From Candidatus Eiseniibacteriota bacterium (lineage in GTDB: Bacteria; Arandabacterota; Arandabacteria; Arandabacterales; Arandabacteraceae): a stretch of 46,626 bases of DNA. Location: assembly GCA_043810925.1 (NCBI GenBank), contig JBDRNT010000128.1:1-46626 (forward strand), written 5' to 3'. The notes below the pieces were generated by a model. It was not told where the DNA came from. It did not search any database and was given only the letters and a program-made list of their open reading frames with translations. Below, one piece after another: positions 1 to 9,037 of the stretch; position 1 is the first letter of the stretch, and each line of letters begins with the position of its first letter. A program made the translations under genes and the position numbers.

Positions 1-68
1 GGATTCCGGACATAATCTTCTGCGGAGTGTCATGAATAGGCGGACAGGGCGAGCTCCTCGACATCCTG

Positions 69-1499
69 CTAAAAACAGCGCCCGATGACCTTCGCAATGG
101 CGAAGTGCTTACCGTTGTCTTCATTCCCACCAGTCACCACCAGGATCAGATCTTTCTCGGGAAACCAGGCGATAAACTGGCTGCCGTGCCCGCTGGCGAA
201 AACCACGGGCTGCGTGCTATCCCGGCCGGGGAACTCCCCCAGCCACCAAAGGTATCCGTACTTCTCGGGCCCGTCCGTGGCAATGTGAGGGGTCGTGGAC
301 TGCCGGATCCAATCGGCGGAAACCACCTCCTGGCCCTGCCAGCGCCCCTCGTCGCGTAGCAGCATGCCCAGCTTGGCCATGTCGCGGGGGCGCAGATGGA
401 GGCTGCCGTCCATGAGGCGATACCCATCCTTCGCAAGGTAGGACCAGTCGTATTCGGTTATGCCCAAAGGGCGGAACAGGTGCTGCTCAGCGAAGACGTC
501 GGCGTGTTGGCCCGTCGCCTCCTTGATGACCCCCGCCAAGAGGTTCACATTGGCGCTTTGGTAAGCCCAGTGAGTGCCTGGTTCATGAGCGACCTCCCGC
601 TCCAGGACCTGCTGGAAGAATTCGGGGCCAGTGCCATGCGAATCGCCCCCGGAACCCCAGTCCAGACCCATGGACATGCTCAGCAGGTGATGCAGGGTCT
701 GAACCCGCCAGCGGTTGTCGACCGGCTGCTCGAGGGCCGGAAAGAAACTCAGCACCGATGCGTCTACACCCGAAATCTTGCCCTGATCGATGGCCACTCC
801 CACAAGCAACGACGACACGCTCTTGGTCACCGACGCGAGCCGATGCAAGTCATCACGCTCATAGCCGTGGAAATATTCCTCGACCACCAGATCTCCGCCG
901 GCTACCAGCAAAAGCGAATGAATCACACCCGCATCACCCGCGCTGATGGCGTTTACCATGTCGGTCACGACTGAATCCGGTAGCCCGGCTTCCTTGCAGT
1001 AGGCGGTGGTCCAACCGTCGTCGGTGACTGGCGGCCGGGCGTAAACATAGGCCCCAGCGTCTGCAGGGCGCGCGCGGAGACCGGGGACCCGGTCAGGATC
1101 CGTCAGGCGTAGCTCCATCTCCGGTCCTTCCTTCTCGCCGTAGAAAAGCCGCCCGCTGATGATGCCCTTGCCGAAGTCCACCTTGCCCCGATACACGACC
1201 CCGGTGGCATCCATGTGCATTTCCAGCTCAGGATAGTGCCAGGTCACGCGGTCGACAGGGAGCTCGGTTTGTTTCTTGTTGTCTCTGACGGTGTGGACGA
1301 CGACGCCAAAATCATCGCCGTCCCGCCACAACTCCCAGTAGAAGTCCTCCGGCCCGCCGGAAGCGACCCAGACACCGGCGGTGATGTCGCCTTCGGTTTC
1401 CGGGGACGAGCTGCTGCCACTGCAGAAGATCAGGGGCATCAAGACAACTAGGGCCGCGCCTACGAAGGCGGTTGGCCCAACTCGATTACATATGTGCAT
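69..1499 (-). CDS. Secreted serine hydrolase, beta-lactamase class C/AmpC-like family, with N-terminal extension
   Basis: SxxK motif (ASVTKS), YxS-N (WAYQSANVN), LRPRDMAKLG, YGYLWW, ASGHGSQ; hydrophobic N-terminus. Start moved to ATG 1499, 6 nt after AGGAG. Confidence 0.9.
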   Translation of the reverse strand: MHICNRVGPTAFVGAALVVLMPLIFCSGSSSSPETEGDITAGVWVASGGPEDFYWELWRDGDDFGVVVHTVRDNKKQTELPVDRVTWHYPELEMHMDATGVVYRGKVDFGKGIISGRLFYGEKEGPEMELRLTDPDRVPGLRARPADAGAYVYARPPVTDDGWTTAYCKEAGLPDSVVTDMVNAISAGDAGVIHSLLLVAGGDLVVEEYFHGYERDDLHRLASVTKSVSSLLVGVAIDQGKISGVDASVLSFFPALEQPVDNRWRVQTLHHLLSMSMGLDWGSGGDSHGTGPEFFQQVLEREVAHEPGTHWAYQSANVNLLAGVIKEATGQHADVFAEQHLFRPLGITEYDWSYLAKDGYRLMDGSLHLRPRDMAKLGMLLRDEGRWQGQEVVSADWIRQSTTPHIATDGPEKYGYLWWLGEFPGRDSTQPVVFASGHGSQFIAWFPEKDLILVVTGGNEDNGKHFAIAKVIGRCF

Positions 1500-1894
1500 G
1501 TCCAACTCCTCTCAGCAGGACGAGAACCAACCTCGTATGCTTTCTCTGTACTGAATTCTCAGGTATTCGTCAAGAGACCTGCCATCTGTTTTTCGTCTTA
1601 TGGAATTTCCACTCAGCGGCGCACTGCTTCGGGTCAAACTGAGCAATAGATCACACCCGTTGATATATTCCGCTCGGCTCTCCAAACTGCACCATAGGCA
1701 GAACTTTCAGGGTTGTGTTGCGGCTGTAATCTGACTCCTCCAGGCGAATGATCTTCACAGCCTTCTGATGAGTGAGGATTGTCTCGTGCTTGGGCAACTC
1801 GTTGCGAATACGTCATAGGGCAATAGTTGTCAGACTGAAAAACAATCGTGAGGAGAAGCGGCCGCGATGGTGCACGCAGACCATACACCAGGAA

Positions 1895-2335
1895 TCACCG
1901 GATTACCGTGCGGACGATCTTCAGGAAGGATTCAGCCGTCATCAGCGCGTGCTCTGCCTCGATCTTGGAACATGGGATTTGCGGCTCGTAGAAGAAGGAG
2001 TGCCGCTTCCTTCGGATTTGATCGAAGTCGTTGACAAGGGATTCATGATCCTGGCCCAGAACGACGCCGGTGAACTGAACCACTGTCTTGTGCTTGTTCT
2101 TGATATCGGGCCGATACCCTTTGCTCAGCATCAGAGCTTGGCCTGAGCGCAGCATTGCCCTGTAAGCAAAGGTGTGAGCACATTCAGGGTCATCGTCCAG
2201 ATTCCTTCTGGCCGTCTTGAGGTCTATCTCAGCGCGCCCCAAGAGGTTCTCTATTGCCTTTCGATCCACCGGACATCTCTTGATCAAGCCCTGTCTCTGC
2301 AGAACCTCCTCTGATTGTCTATAGATCATCTTCAC
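1895..2335 (-). CDS. HEPN domain protein (putative toxin)
   Basis: 146 aa helical protein; AYRAML...ALMLSKGYR, H-x-x-V and basic R..H motif (RRKRHSFFY); overlaps the upstream MNT gene by 17 nt. Confidence 0.85.
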   Translation of the reverse strand: MKMIYRQSEEVLQRQGLIKRCPVDRKAIENLLGRAEIDLKTARRNLDDDPECAHTFAYRAMLRSGQALMLSKGYRPDIKNKHKTVVQFTGVVLGQDHESLVNDFDQIRRKRHSFFYEPQIPCSKIEAEHALMTAESFLKIVRTVIR

Positions 2336-2894
2336 TTCCGACCACGATCATCTTTGGACTCCTCAGAAGGTCCTCTATGAAACCGCTCTTATCTCGCTTT
2401 CTGGAACGATACTCATCAGGGGAATACACTGTATGGTTGATCTCGCGGCTGAGCTTGGTTTCGAGTCCTTGAATAGCCTTGTTCAGTGCAGACATGTTTG
2501 GACGACCAATGACCATTAGGTCTATGTCGCTCGCAGGCTTCTCGCGGTGTTTGGCGAAGGACCCATAAACAAAAGCGATCTTGATTCCATCTATGGATAA
2601 TAGCGCCGCGCGCAGGCTGCCCTCAACACCCACCGTTTTGGAGATGATCGACTTGAGCTCGTTGTGAAGAGGGTGTTGGGTGTTCAGAGAATATTGGACG
2701 GTGTTCCCTACGCGATTCGTCTTGAGCAAACTATCTCCCAGAAACTTGAGAAGCTCTCGTCGTATGCTCGCGGCAGAGTAACCCAACATGCGCTCGAGCT
2801 GCCTCAGATAGTACGCCTCCGAAGGGTTGGTGAAGAAGAGGGCCAGAAGGTCTCGCCGGGTTCTTGATCTCGTTATGTAGAGGCTATCCAGCAC
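2319..2894 (-). CDS. wHTH-fused minimal nucleotidyltransferase (MNT, putative antitoxin)
   Basis: N-terminal HTH (YYLRQLERMLGYSAASIRREL); GS-x10-DxD motif (YGSFAKHREKPASDIDL); GGGGAG RBS before a GTG start. Confidence 0.88.
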   Translation of the reverse strand: MLDSLYITRSRTRRDLLALFFTNPSEAYYLRQLERMLGYSAASIRRELLKFLGDSLLKTNRVGNTVQYSLNTQHPLHNELKSIISKTVGVEGSLRAALLSIDGIKIAFVYGSFAKHREKPASDIDLMVIGRPNMSALNKAIQGLETKLSREINHTVYSPDEYRSRKRDKSGFIEDLLRSPKMIVVGSEDDL

Positions 2895-2912
2895 GATGAC
2901 TCCCCATTGAAT

Positions 2913-2962
2913 TTGTAATCAATCCAGCTAACAATTGTAAGCGGACTAGCTTACAATGTCAA
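2913..2962 (-). promoter_or_regulatory. Sigma70 promoter of the MNT-HEPN operon with two tandem palindromic operators
   Basis: Minus strand TTGACA (2962-2957), 17 nt, TACAAT (2939-2934); dyads TTGTAAGC-N6-GCTTACAA (2935-2956) and degenerate TTGTAATC-N6-GCTAACAA (2913-2934). Confidence 0.8.
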
Positions 2963-3050
2963 GCGGAATCCACATACAGTTTCACCTGGATAACCTCAGC
3001 GACAGCCTGCTGAGGGGCATTGACCGCTTTCACCGACATGTTCCGCACGC

Positions 3051-3071
3051 CTCCCCAAACAGGATTCGAAC
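3051..3071 (-). other. tRNA 3'-end-like fragment (possible att scar)
   Basis: Minus strand GTTCGAATCCTGTTTGGGGAG resembles T-loop + 3' T-stem + 3' acceptor strand + G discriminator; no 5' half and no CCA. Confidence 0.35.
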
Positions 3072-3220
3072 TCGGTTCAGAGCGGAAGACGTGCACAGCG
3101 CCCCAACTAACTCTTGAAGGAGTGGCACGAGATGTGCTATACTAGTCGCAGCTGCATTGGAATGGCGAGATGACATTGCCCAACCGCTGTAATCTGAGTA
3201 TTGCACAAGGAGGATCTTCG

Positions 3221-4168
3221 ATGATTCTCATTTGCTCCTGTCAGCGCGTATTTAGTCCAGTGATCCGCACTCTGCTTCTCTGCGCTGTGCTTATTGCGAC
3301 ACTCCCAATCACATCAGTTGTCATGGCGGATGAGTGCCCGGAGGAACCCCCGCTTCAGAACTACACAGGAAGCGGGACCACAGTGTGCCCATGTTTCGTA
3401 CCGGGAGAACAGGGCGGAGCTGTGCTGGATGCACCATCTGAGCACTATCCCATTGAGATCCTGCGCGTCGGTATCGGCTGGGGATCCTTGTACGGGGGAA
3501 CGCCGCAGTCGCTCGAGCAGGCCATACACGTTTACGATGCGGGTCTTCCCAACCCCGGGACACCGATAGCAAGTCTCGAAGGTCCTGCTCTCACGGACGG
3601 CTATATCAACGAATTCGATCTCGAACCTCTTCCCGGTGACATAATCGTCAATTCGGGACCGTTCACGGTGACACTCGAATTCCTGAACAGCAACGCCGGC
3701 GACCCATACGCGCCCAGCATGGTTCATGACGGCAACGGCTGTCAGGCAGGCAAGAACGTGGTTTTCGCGATACCCGGTGGCTGGTATAGTGCCTGTGCTC
3801 TTGGAGTTACCGGTGACTGGATCGTTTACGCCGTCTATCGTCAGGTTGAATGCGGCGCAGGTGTCGGTGAGGAGATGATTGCATCCAGCCATCCTGCCTT
3901 TCTCATGAGACCGGAGCCCAACCCGTTTACGCATGAGACACGGTTTGACTTCGTCGTGAGCGAACACCGGCACGTCGATCTATCCGTCTACGATGTCCAT
4001 GGACAACTGGTTACCACCCTGGCAAGCGGCATGTTTCCGCAGGGACGCCACACGGCAGGGTGGACCGGTACGGAATCCGACGGAAGTCAGGTGGCTCCGG
4101 GAATCTATTTCGTCACAATGAAGGCAGGGTCTTTCCACACCACCCAAAGGGTGGTCTTCAGCAAGTGA
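3221..4168 (+). CDS. Secreted Cys-containing protein with C-terminal FlgD-Ig/T9SS-like domain
   Basis: AAGGAGG RBS 3207-3213 before ATG 3221; signal peptide; C-terminal PNPF...LSVYDVHGQLV...W.G...PGIYFV; upstream TTGAAG-18-TATACT. Confidence 0.85.
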   Translation: MILICSCQRVFSPVIRTLLLCAVLIATLPITSVVMADECPEEPPLQNYTGSGTTVCPCFVPGEQGGAVLDAPSEHYPIEILRVGIGWGSLYGGTPQSLEQAIHVYDAGLPNPGTPIASLEGPALTDGYINEFDLEPLPGDIIVNSGPFTVTLEFLNSNAGDPYAPSMVHDGNGCQAGKNVVFAIPGGWYSACALGVTGDWIVYAVYRQVECGAGVGEEMIASSHPAFLMRPEPNPFTHETRFDFVVSEHRHVDLSVYDVHGQLVTTLASGMFPQGRHTAGWTGTESDGSQVAPGIYFVTMKAGSFHTTQRVVFSK

Positions 4169-4169
4169 G

Positions 4170-4269
4170 CATAATTCGGTACCAGCTTACAAATTATCAC
4201 GGGCGGTGCCCCGACCCGGTAGTCGAGCTATTCAAGAACCAGTAATTTGTAAGCTGGTACCGAATTATG
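4170..4269. repeat. Long inverted repeat (27 bp perfect arms, 46 nt spacer), REP/REPIN-like
   Basis: CATAATTCGGTACCAGCTTACAAATTA (4170-4196) and its exact reverse complement (4243-4269); fills almost the whole gap between convergent genes. Confidence 0.92.
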
Positions 4270-5121
4270 TTAGGGGATTATGTCACCCAGGGGGGTGAGT
4301 TTCATGGCCTCCTTCTTCTTCATCAACTCCTTGTACTCACCGGGTTCCACGAAAGCGACGATACGGCATATGCACGACTCGCCATTTACGAAGCGCCACG
4401 GATAGCAGCCGATGGTCACGCGCTGATTGAGCACAAGGTCGATATCGCCGCCGAGATTCTCCGCATGCACGATCGGAATACCGAAGAGTGCTATGTGCAT
4501 GAGCTGGTAGTGCTCCGGCGGGAAGAGATCATCAAGGCCTTTCTTGTACTTCGACTTGAGATAGGCATCGGCCTTCTTGGCCTCCGCCGGCATCCAGTCA
4601 CGTATCTTGGTGTTGAAGGGATGGTCCGCGGAGCCGCAGTCAACACCGAGCCACTTGAGGTTCTTCTTCTTGCACCAGTTGGCGAACTCCATCTGGGGTC
4701 CGGGGTGACGGATCATGTACCGGATCTCGTCGGCTTCCGGCTGTTCCCAGGCATACTTGTGATACCCGGTGTTTATGATGAGGATGTCGCCATCGCGGAC
4801 CTCAACGCGGTCTTCGATGTCTTTGGATGAATAGATGTCGTAGTCCTCGGCCATGTCGCTTAAGTCCACGACGGCCCCGGGGCCGCAAAGATAATCGTTG
4901 AGAGGCAGGCTGGCGATATCACCCCCGTGCGTGCAGAAGTGAACCGGCCCATCGAGATGAGTACCCACGTGGTTACTGGTCGTTATCAGCTGGCCGTTGG
5001 CACCGTTGGGGGCGAGCCGCTTGAAGAACTTCAGCTGGAGCGGCTCATATGTCGGCCATGGAGGCGTCATCACGCTCAAGGGCTGGGTGAGATCGATCAT
5101 TCCGAATTCAACCGGCTTCAT
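4270..5121 (-). CDS. Cyclase family metal-dependent amidohydrolase (kynurenine formamidase-like)
   Basis: DLTQPL, HxGTHxDxPxH (HVGTHLDGPVHF), GVDCGSADHP, HAENLGGD motifs. Confidence 0.92.
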   Translation of the reverse strand: MKPVEFGMIDLTQPLSVMTPPWPTYEPLQLKFFKRLAPNGANGQLITTSNHVGTHLDGPVHFCTHGGDIASLPLNDYLCGPGAVVDLSDMAEDYDIYSSKDIEDRVEVRDGDILIINTGYHKYAWEQPEADEIRYMIRHPGPQMEFANWCKKKNLKWLGVDCGSADHPFNTKIRDWMPAEAKKADAYLKSKYKKGLDDLFPPEHYQLMHIALFGIPIVHAENLGGDIDLVLNQRVTIGCYPWRFVNGESCICRIVAFVEPGEYKELMKKKEAMKLTPLGDIIP

Positions 5122-6584
5122 GGTTGCTTCCTCCTTCGCGTAAGAGACTGATGAAATGCTCTGAATGCATCCTCAAAACATGCAAGGGGCGGCTCGACGA
5201 GGCCTGCTCCGATCTGTCCGATGCCGGGATCCTTATGTGCAATGCCCGTGTTTACTGCAGGCACAATGCCTTTTTCAACAATTTCCGTCACATCTATTCC
5301 GGTCGGCGTTCCCCGGAAACCGAGGGACGGGATCCTGAAGTTCGTGCTCTCACCCACCGTTATGTCATACATGGAAAGCGTGAAGTTGATCGCATCCTGA
5401 GGCGTGCCGCCCACAAACTCGACGATCGCGGGTGCGGCGGCCATGGCGAAGCCGCCTATACCATAAGTTTCGCAGATCGTACTGTCGCCGATATCTGGAT
5501 TCGCATCCTTAGCACCGTAACCCGGGAAGTAAAGCCCTTCGACCTCTGGTGCGGGTGCGGTAAACCACGTATCGGGAAGCGAGCTTAGGCGGATTCCGAA
5601 GTCCGTCCCGTTTCGCGCCATGGCTACGATAACACTGCTGTTCGCGATACCACTGGCCGAATCGAGGCAGCTCTTCCCGGCCGGCATCGTAAGATTCAAG
5701 AAGAAGTGATCGTTCATGTGCATGAACTTAAGGACATCGCTCTTATCCTTGGCATCGGCCGGACCCTCGGCAATCGATGGGGCCAGCTCACGGATAAGAA
5801 GCGACGTACCCGCCTTGTTCCTGTTGTGGCCTTCATCCCCCATCTGGAGAGCCTGGGCAATGATCGTTCTGAGGTCGGTCTCTCCATGGATCTTAAGTGC
5901 CGCCTTAAGAACAGGCGCAAGCACGTCTTCCATCCACTTGAGCCGCTCAATTACCTCGGCGCTGAAGGCACCGTAACGAAGGACTTTGCCAAGTCCCTCG
6001 TTCAGCGTACAGAATGCTCTGTTGCCCGAGTGTCTGTTCTCGACAATCCAGACAGGCATAGAGGGTGATATGATTCCGGCCATGGGCCCCACGGCTGCAT
6101 GGTGGTGACAGGGCTCGAACGTCACGTCGCCGGAGGCGGCCATCTTCCGCGCACTGCTCTCATCCCTGGCAAGTCCTTCGTAAATCAGCGCGCCGATCAC
6201 GGCGCCCTGCATGGGTCCGCACATTCTATCCCACTCTACGGGCGGCCCTGCATGCAGGATGAGGCCCTCCCTCATCCCCGGGATTTCGTCTGCGGCCTTC
6301 CCGATCCCGACGATAAAGGGGTGTGACAGGTTTATTCGCTCGAGGGCCTCGGCGTTCGCGCGATCCACCAGGTCCTGGAGTGCAACCTTCTTCCCCCCGG
6401 CCTCAACCTCACCCGTACGGATCATCTTGAGAATTGAGATCAGCCCCTCATCGCCCGAGCACGGCACGGTCCAGCCAACCTGTATACCCCGTCTGCCCTG
6501 GAGATGGAGTGCGTCCGTAAAGATCCGGCTTCCGAGATTGGCCACAACGATATCGCTCGTAAAGAGCTCTGCGATCCTACTCAC
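5118..6584 (-). CDS. DUF1116 family protein (YahG/YlbE-AllG-like) with N-terminal FdrA-tail module
   Basis: ILHAGPP, PCHHHAAVGPMAG, LNEGLGKVLRYGA, MGDEGHNRN, NPDIGDS, NTGIAHK; GGAGGAG RBS before GTG 6584. Confidence 0.92.
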   Translation of the reverse strand: MSRIAELFTSDIVVANLGSRIFTDALHLQGRRGIQVGWTVPCSGDEGLISILKMIRTGEVEAGGKKVALQDLVDRANAEALERINLSHPFIVGIGKAADEIPGMREGLILHAGPPVEWDRMCGPMQGAVIGALIYEGLARDESSARKMAASGDVTFEPCHHHAAVGPMAGIISPSMPVWIVENRHSGNRAFCTLNEGLGKVLRYGAFSAEVIERLKWMEDVLAPVLKAALKIHGETDLRTIIAQALQMGDEGHNRNKAGTSLLIRELAPSIAEGPADAKDKSDVLKFMHMNDHFFLNLTMPAGKSCLDSASGIANSSVIVAMARNGTDFGIRLSSLPDTWFTAPAPEVEGLYFPGYGAKDANPDIGDSTICETYGIGGFAMAAAPAIVEFVGGTPQDAINFTLSMYDITVGESTNFRIPSLGFRGTPTGIDVTEIVEKGIVPAVNTGIAHKDPGIGQIGAGLVEPPLACFEDAFRAFHQSLTRRRKQP

Positions 6585-8127
6585 CGGACTCTCCTCCAAG
6601 GGCTTTACGTGCAAGTTCACATGCCTGCGCGTTGGTCTCCGCTACAAGAACACCCGCCGACAGGAGAGCCTGGCGCTGGCGATCGTAGCCCTGGGGATCC
6701 TGATGCGTCCCGCAGATGCTCGCGATCACAATCGGACCGCCCGGGCCCCGGCGGTTTTCACCGGACTCCCCGGCCAGGCAACCGGCGATCTCACCGGCAG
6801 GATCGGCACTGCAGCCATAGCCAAGCACCACATCGAGGAGGATGACCGCCGTCTCGCCGTCCGATACTTCCTTTGCAAGTCTCGTGAGCCGGTACGATTG
6901 ATCGATCATGGGGTGGGCCCTGCCCCGGGTAAAGACATCATCACCCAAGTCCACAATCGTGTGAGCGGTACTTGTCCCGGGATCGTCAAGCATCACGAGT
7001 CCGGGCAACTTGAGATTTGTATGAATCGTATCCAGCGACCGGCCGAGTATGAACGCGGCCTCCTGGGCAAGCGTTCCACCGCTGAAGAGCCCCCTAAGAT
7101 ATTTCCGTGATGGATCGAGCGTGCATCTGAGCTCCAGGAGATTCTCATCCGTGCCGGTGTTGTCAGGCCGTGTGGACCCGGAGACTCGTCCACCGGCTGC
7201 GAGCGCGGCCTCGGCCGCCGTCTCAGCCAGAGTACGTGTGAAGACAAGGTTGGCGTCACGCCGGGATTCACTCTGGCCCGCGAAGTAGATAATGCAGGGC
7301 TTGCCGGTGCCGCGTGCCACTTTGAGAATCTTCTTGGCCACCTTCTCATCCGGGAGCTTCGATACGACAGCGATGACCTCGGTTTCCGGATCATCAATCA
7401 GGGCCTTAAGCCCCATTATGGTCGTCACTCCACCGATTGTCCCGGCGACATCCCGCCCGCCGGTCCCGATGAGTTGCGATATCCCAAGGCCGTTCCTCGC
7501 AAGGATCGCCGAGACTTCCTGCGCCCCCGTGCCGGAGGCGGCAACCATTCCGATCTTCCCCGCGGGCACGCTGTTGGCGAAACCGAGCCCGGCCCCGTTT
7601 ATTATCGCGGTCCCGCAGTCGGGTCCCATGAGAAGCAGTCCCCGCTTGGACGCCACGGTCTTCAGTTCACGTTCGTCCTCAATGGACACGTTATCGCTGA
7701 AGATCATCACATGCTTGTTGCTGCGTAGCGCCTTCATAGCTTCGTAAGCTGCGAACTGACCGGGGACCGATATCAGGACGAGATTGATTTCAGGGTATTC
7801 CCTCATTGCACTTTCAAGACTTCCGGGTGCACGGGATTCTTCGGAGCCTGTTGGAGCACCGCCTTTAAGTTCTCCTCGTACCATCTCGAGCGCAGCTCCG
7901 AGCGTGGCTTCGTCTTCGGCGTCAAGTGCTATCATGAGATCATTGGCTGTTACATCCTGCACCTCTGATGCATCAAAGCCCACCTCGGCCATCAGGGCGA
8001 GATTGGTGTCGGTCGCCATCGCAACCATGGCATTCGCGACACCTGCGGCCTCACTCGCCTTCTTTGAGATCCGCATCAGCGATACGGAATCAAGATATGT
8101 CGATTTCTCAATGACAATGCGTTTCAT
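6577..8127 (-). CDS. fdrA: FdrA/YahF (AllF)-like acyl-CoA synthetase-like protein
   Basis: YLDSVSLM, ISVPGQFAA, FSDNV, MGPDCGT, ASGTGAQE, GTGGRD, GLFSGGTL, DLGDDVFTRGRAHPMID; start taken at MKRIVI (8127). Confidence 0.92.
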   Translation of the reverse strand: MKRIVIEKSTYLDSVSLMRISKKASEAAGVANAMVAMATDTNLALMAEVGFDASEVQDVTANDLMIALDAEDEATLGAALEMVRGELKGGAPTGSEESRAPGSLESAMREYPEINLVLISVPGQFAAYEAMKALRSNKHVMIFSDNVSIEDERELKTVASKRGLLLMGPDCGTAIINGAGLGFANSVPAGKIGMVAASGTGAQEVSAILARNGLGISQLIGTGGRDVAGTIGGVTTIMGLKALIDDPETEVIAVVSKLPDEKVAKKILKVARGTGKPCIIYFAGQSESRRDANLVFTRTLAETAAEAALAAGGRVSGSTRPDNTGTDENLLELRCTLDPSRKYLRGLFSGGTLAQEAAFILGRSLDTIHTNLKLPGLVMLDDPGTSTAHTIVDLGDDVFTRGRAHPMIDQSYRLTRLAKEVSDGETAVILLDVVLGYGCSADPAGEIAGCLAGESGENRRGPGGPIVIASICGTHQDPQGYDRQRQALLSAGVLVAETNAQACELARKALGGESGE

Positions 8128-9037
8128 GCGTAACTCCACATAAGCCGGCGGCCTCAAACCAGGCCAGGACACCGGCAAGCATATCATGGCCGGATGTCGC
8201 TCCGAGCCCACTGAGCCTGTTTACCGCCGATTTCACAACGTACGTATCGCTGTCACCCAGAGCATGAAGCAAATCCGCCAGGGACTCGGGATAGTGTCCG
8301 GCCAGTGCCGCCTTAAGCATGAAGAAGGCAGGCAGACTCGTACGACCGAGCGGTGAGGCGATGTTACAGAAAACCGCCTCCCTGAACTTATCATCATGTG
8401 CAAAGCAGTAGGACGCACCCAGGAATCCGGTAAGGAAATCATCCCCGCCTGGAGTAAGTCCCAGGCCCAGACCCATTATCAAGCCCATTGCCTCAAGCGT
8501 CCGGTCAAGTCCGCCCGAAATCCATGAGTCATGCAGCTGTGATACGGCCCCGGAGATCTTGGTGCGGATCAATGTGTCCAGCGGCTCGCGTAGCGGTCTT
8601 GATTGACCGTCCACTACTCCAAGAAACCATGACTCGGTCGATACCTCTCCCAGGAGACCTCTCAGGATACGTCCCATCCGTACAAGGCGCGCAGGTTCCA
8701 GGCCGTACACCGGGTCAAGCCTGGATTGCCAGACCTCGGTCTTCTCAAGGTCGATGCTTGCCTTGGCTTTGCCCAACATGATCCGGGTGTGATCCACGGA
8801 TACGCTTTCCCCGACGCAAGCGCCGAGAAAGCCGTCGTCACCGGATGAGCTCCAACCTTCTATTGCAACACAATATGCATGAAGCGGGACGTCCGCCGGG
8901 TGGAGACTCACCCATGTCATATCGTCACAGAGGACATTGACTGTGCGCCGGTAAACAGAATGGACCCTCCCACGACGCTCGCGGCCATTCAGAGTCGAAA
9001 GGACCAGGGAACTTGCTTTCGTGGCTTTTAACGTCAT
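8108..9037 (-). CDS. DUF2877 family protein (YahE/YlbF-AllH-like)
   Basis: GRVHSVYRRTVN, GLGLGLTPGGDDFLTG and GATSGHDMLAG signatures. Confidence 0.9.
   Translation of the reverse strand: MTLKATKASSLVLSTLNGRERRGRVHSVYRRTVNVLCDDMTWVSLHPADVPLHAYCVAIEGWSSSGDDGFLGACVGESVSVDHTRIMLGKAKASIDLEKTEVWQSRLDPVYGLEPARLVRMGRILRGLLGEVSTESWFLGVVDGQSRPLREPLDTLIRTKISGAVSQLHDSWISGGLDRTLEAMGLIMGLGLGLTPGGDDFLTGFLGASYCFAHDDKFREAVFCNIASPLGRTSLPAFFMLKAALAGHYPESLADLLHALGDSDTYVVKSAVNRLSGLGATSGHDMLAGVLAWFEAAGLCGVTHETHCH

Noticed and set aside
69-1499. Antibiotic-resistance beta-lactamase
   Set aside because: Motifs fit the broad esterase/amidohydrolase members of the family; nothing specific to true AmpC enzymes and no mobile context.
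1510-1890. ORF 1634-1888 or a decayed pseudogene between the hydrolase and HEPN genes
   Set aside because: No RBS and no recognisable protein similarity in the frames I translated.
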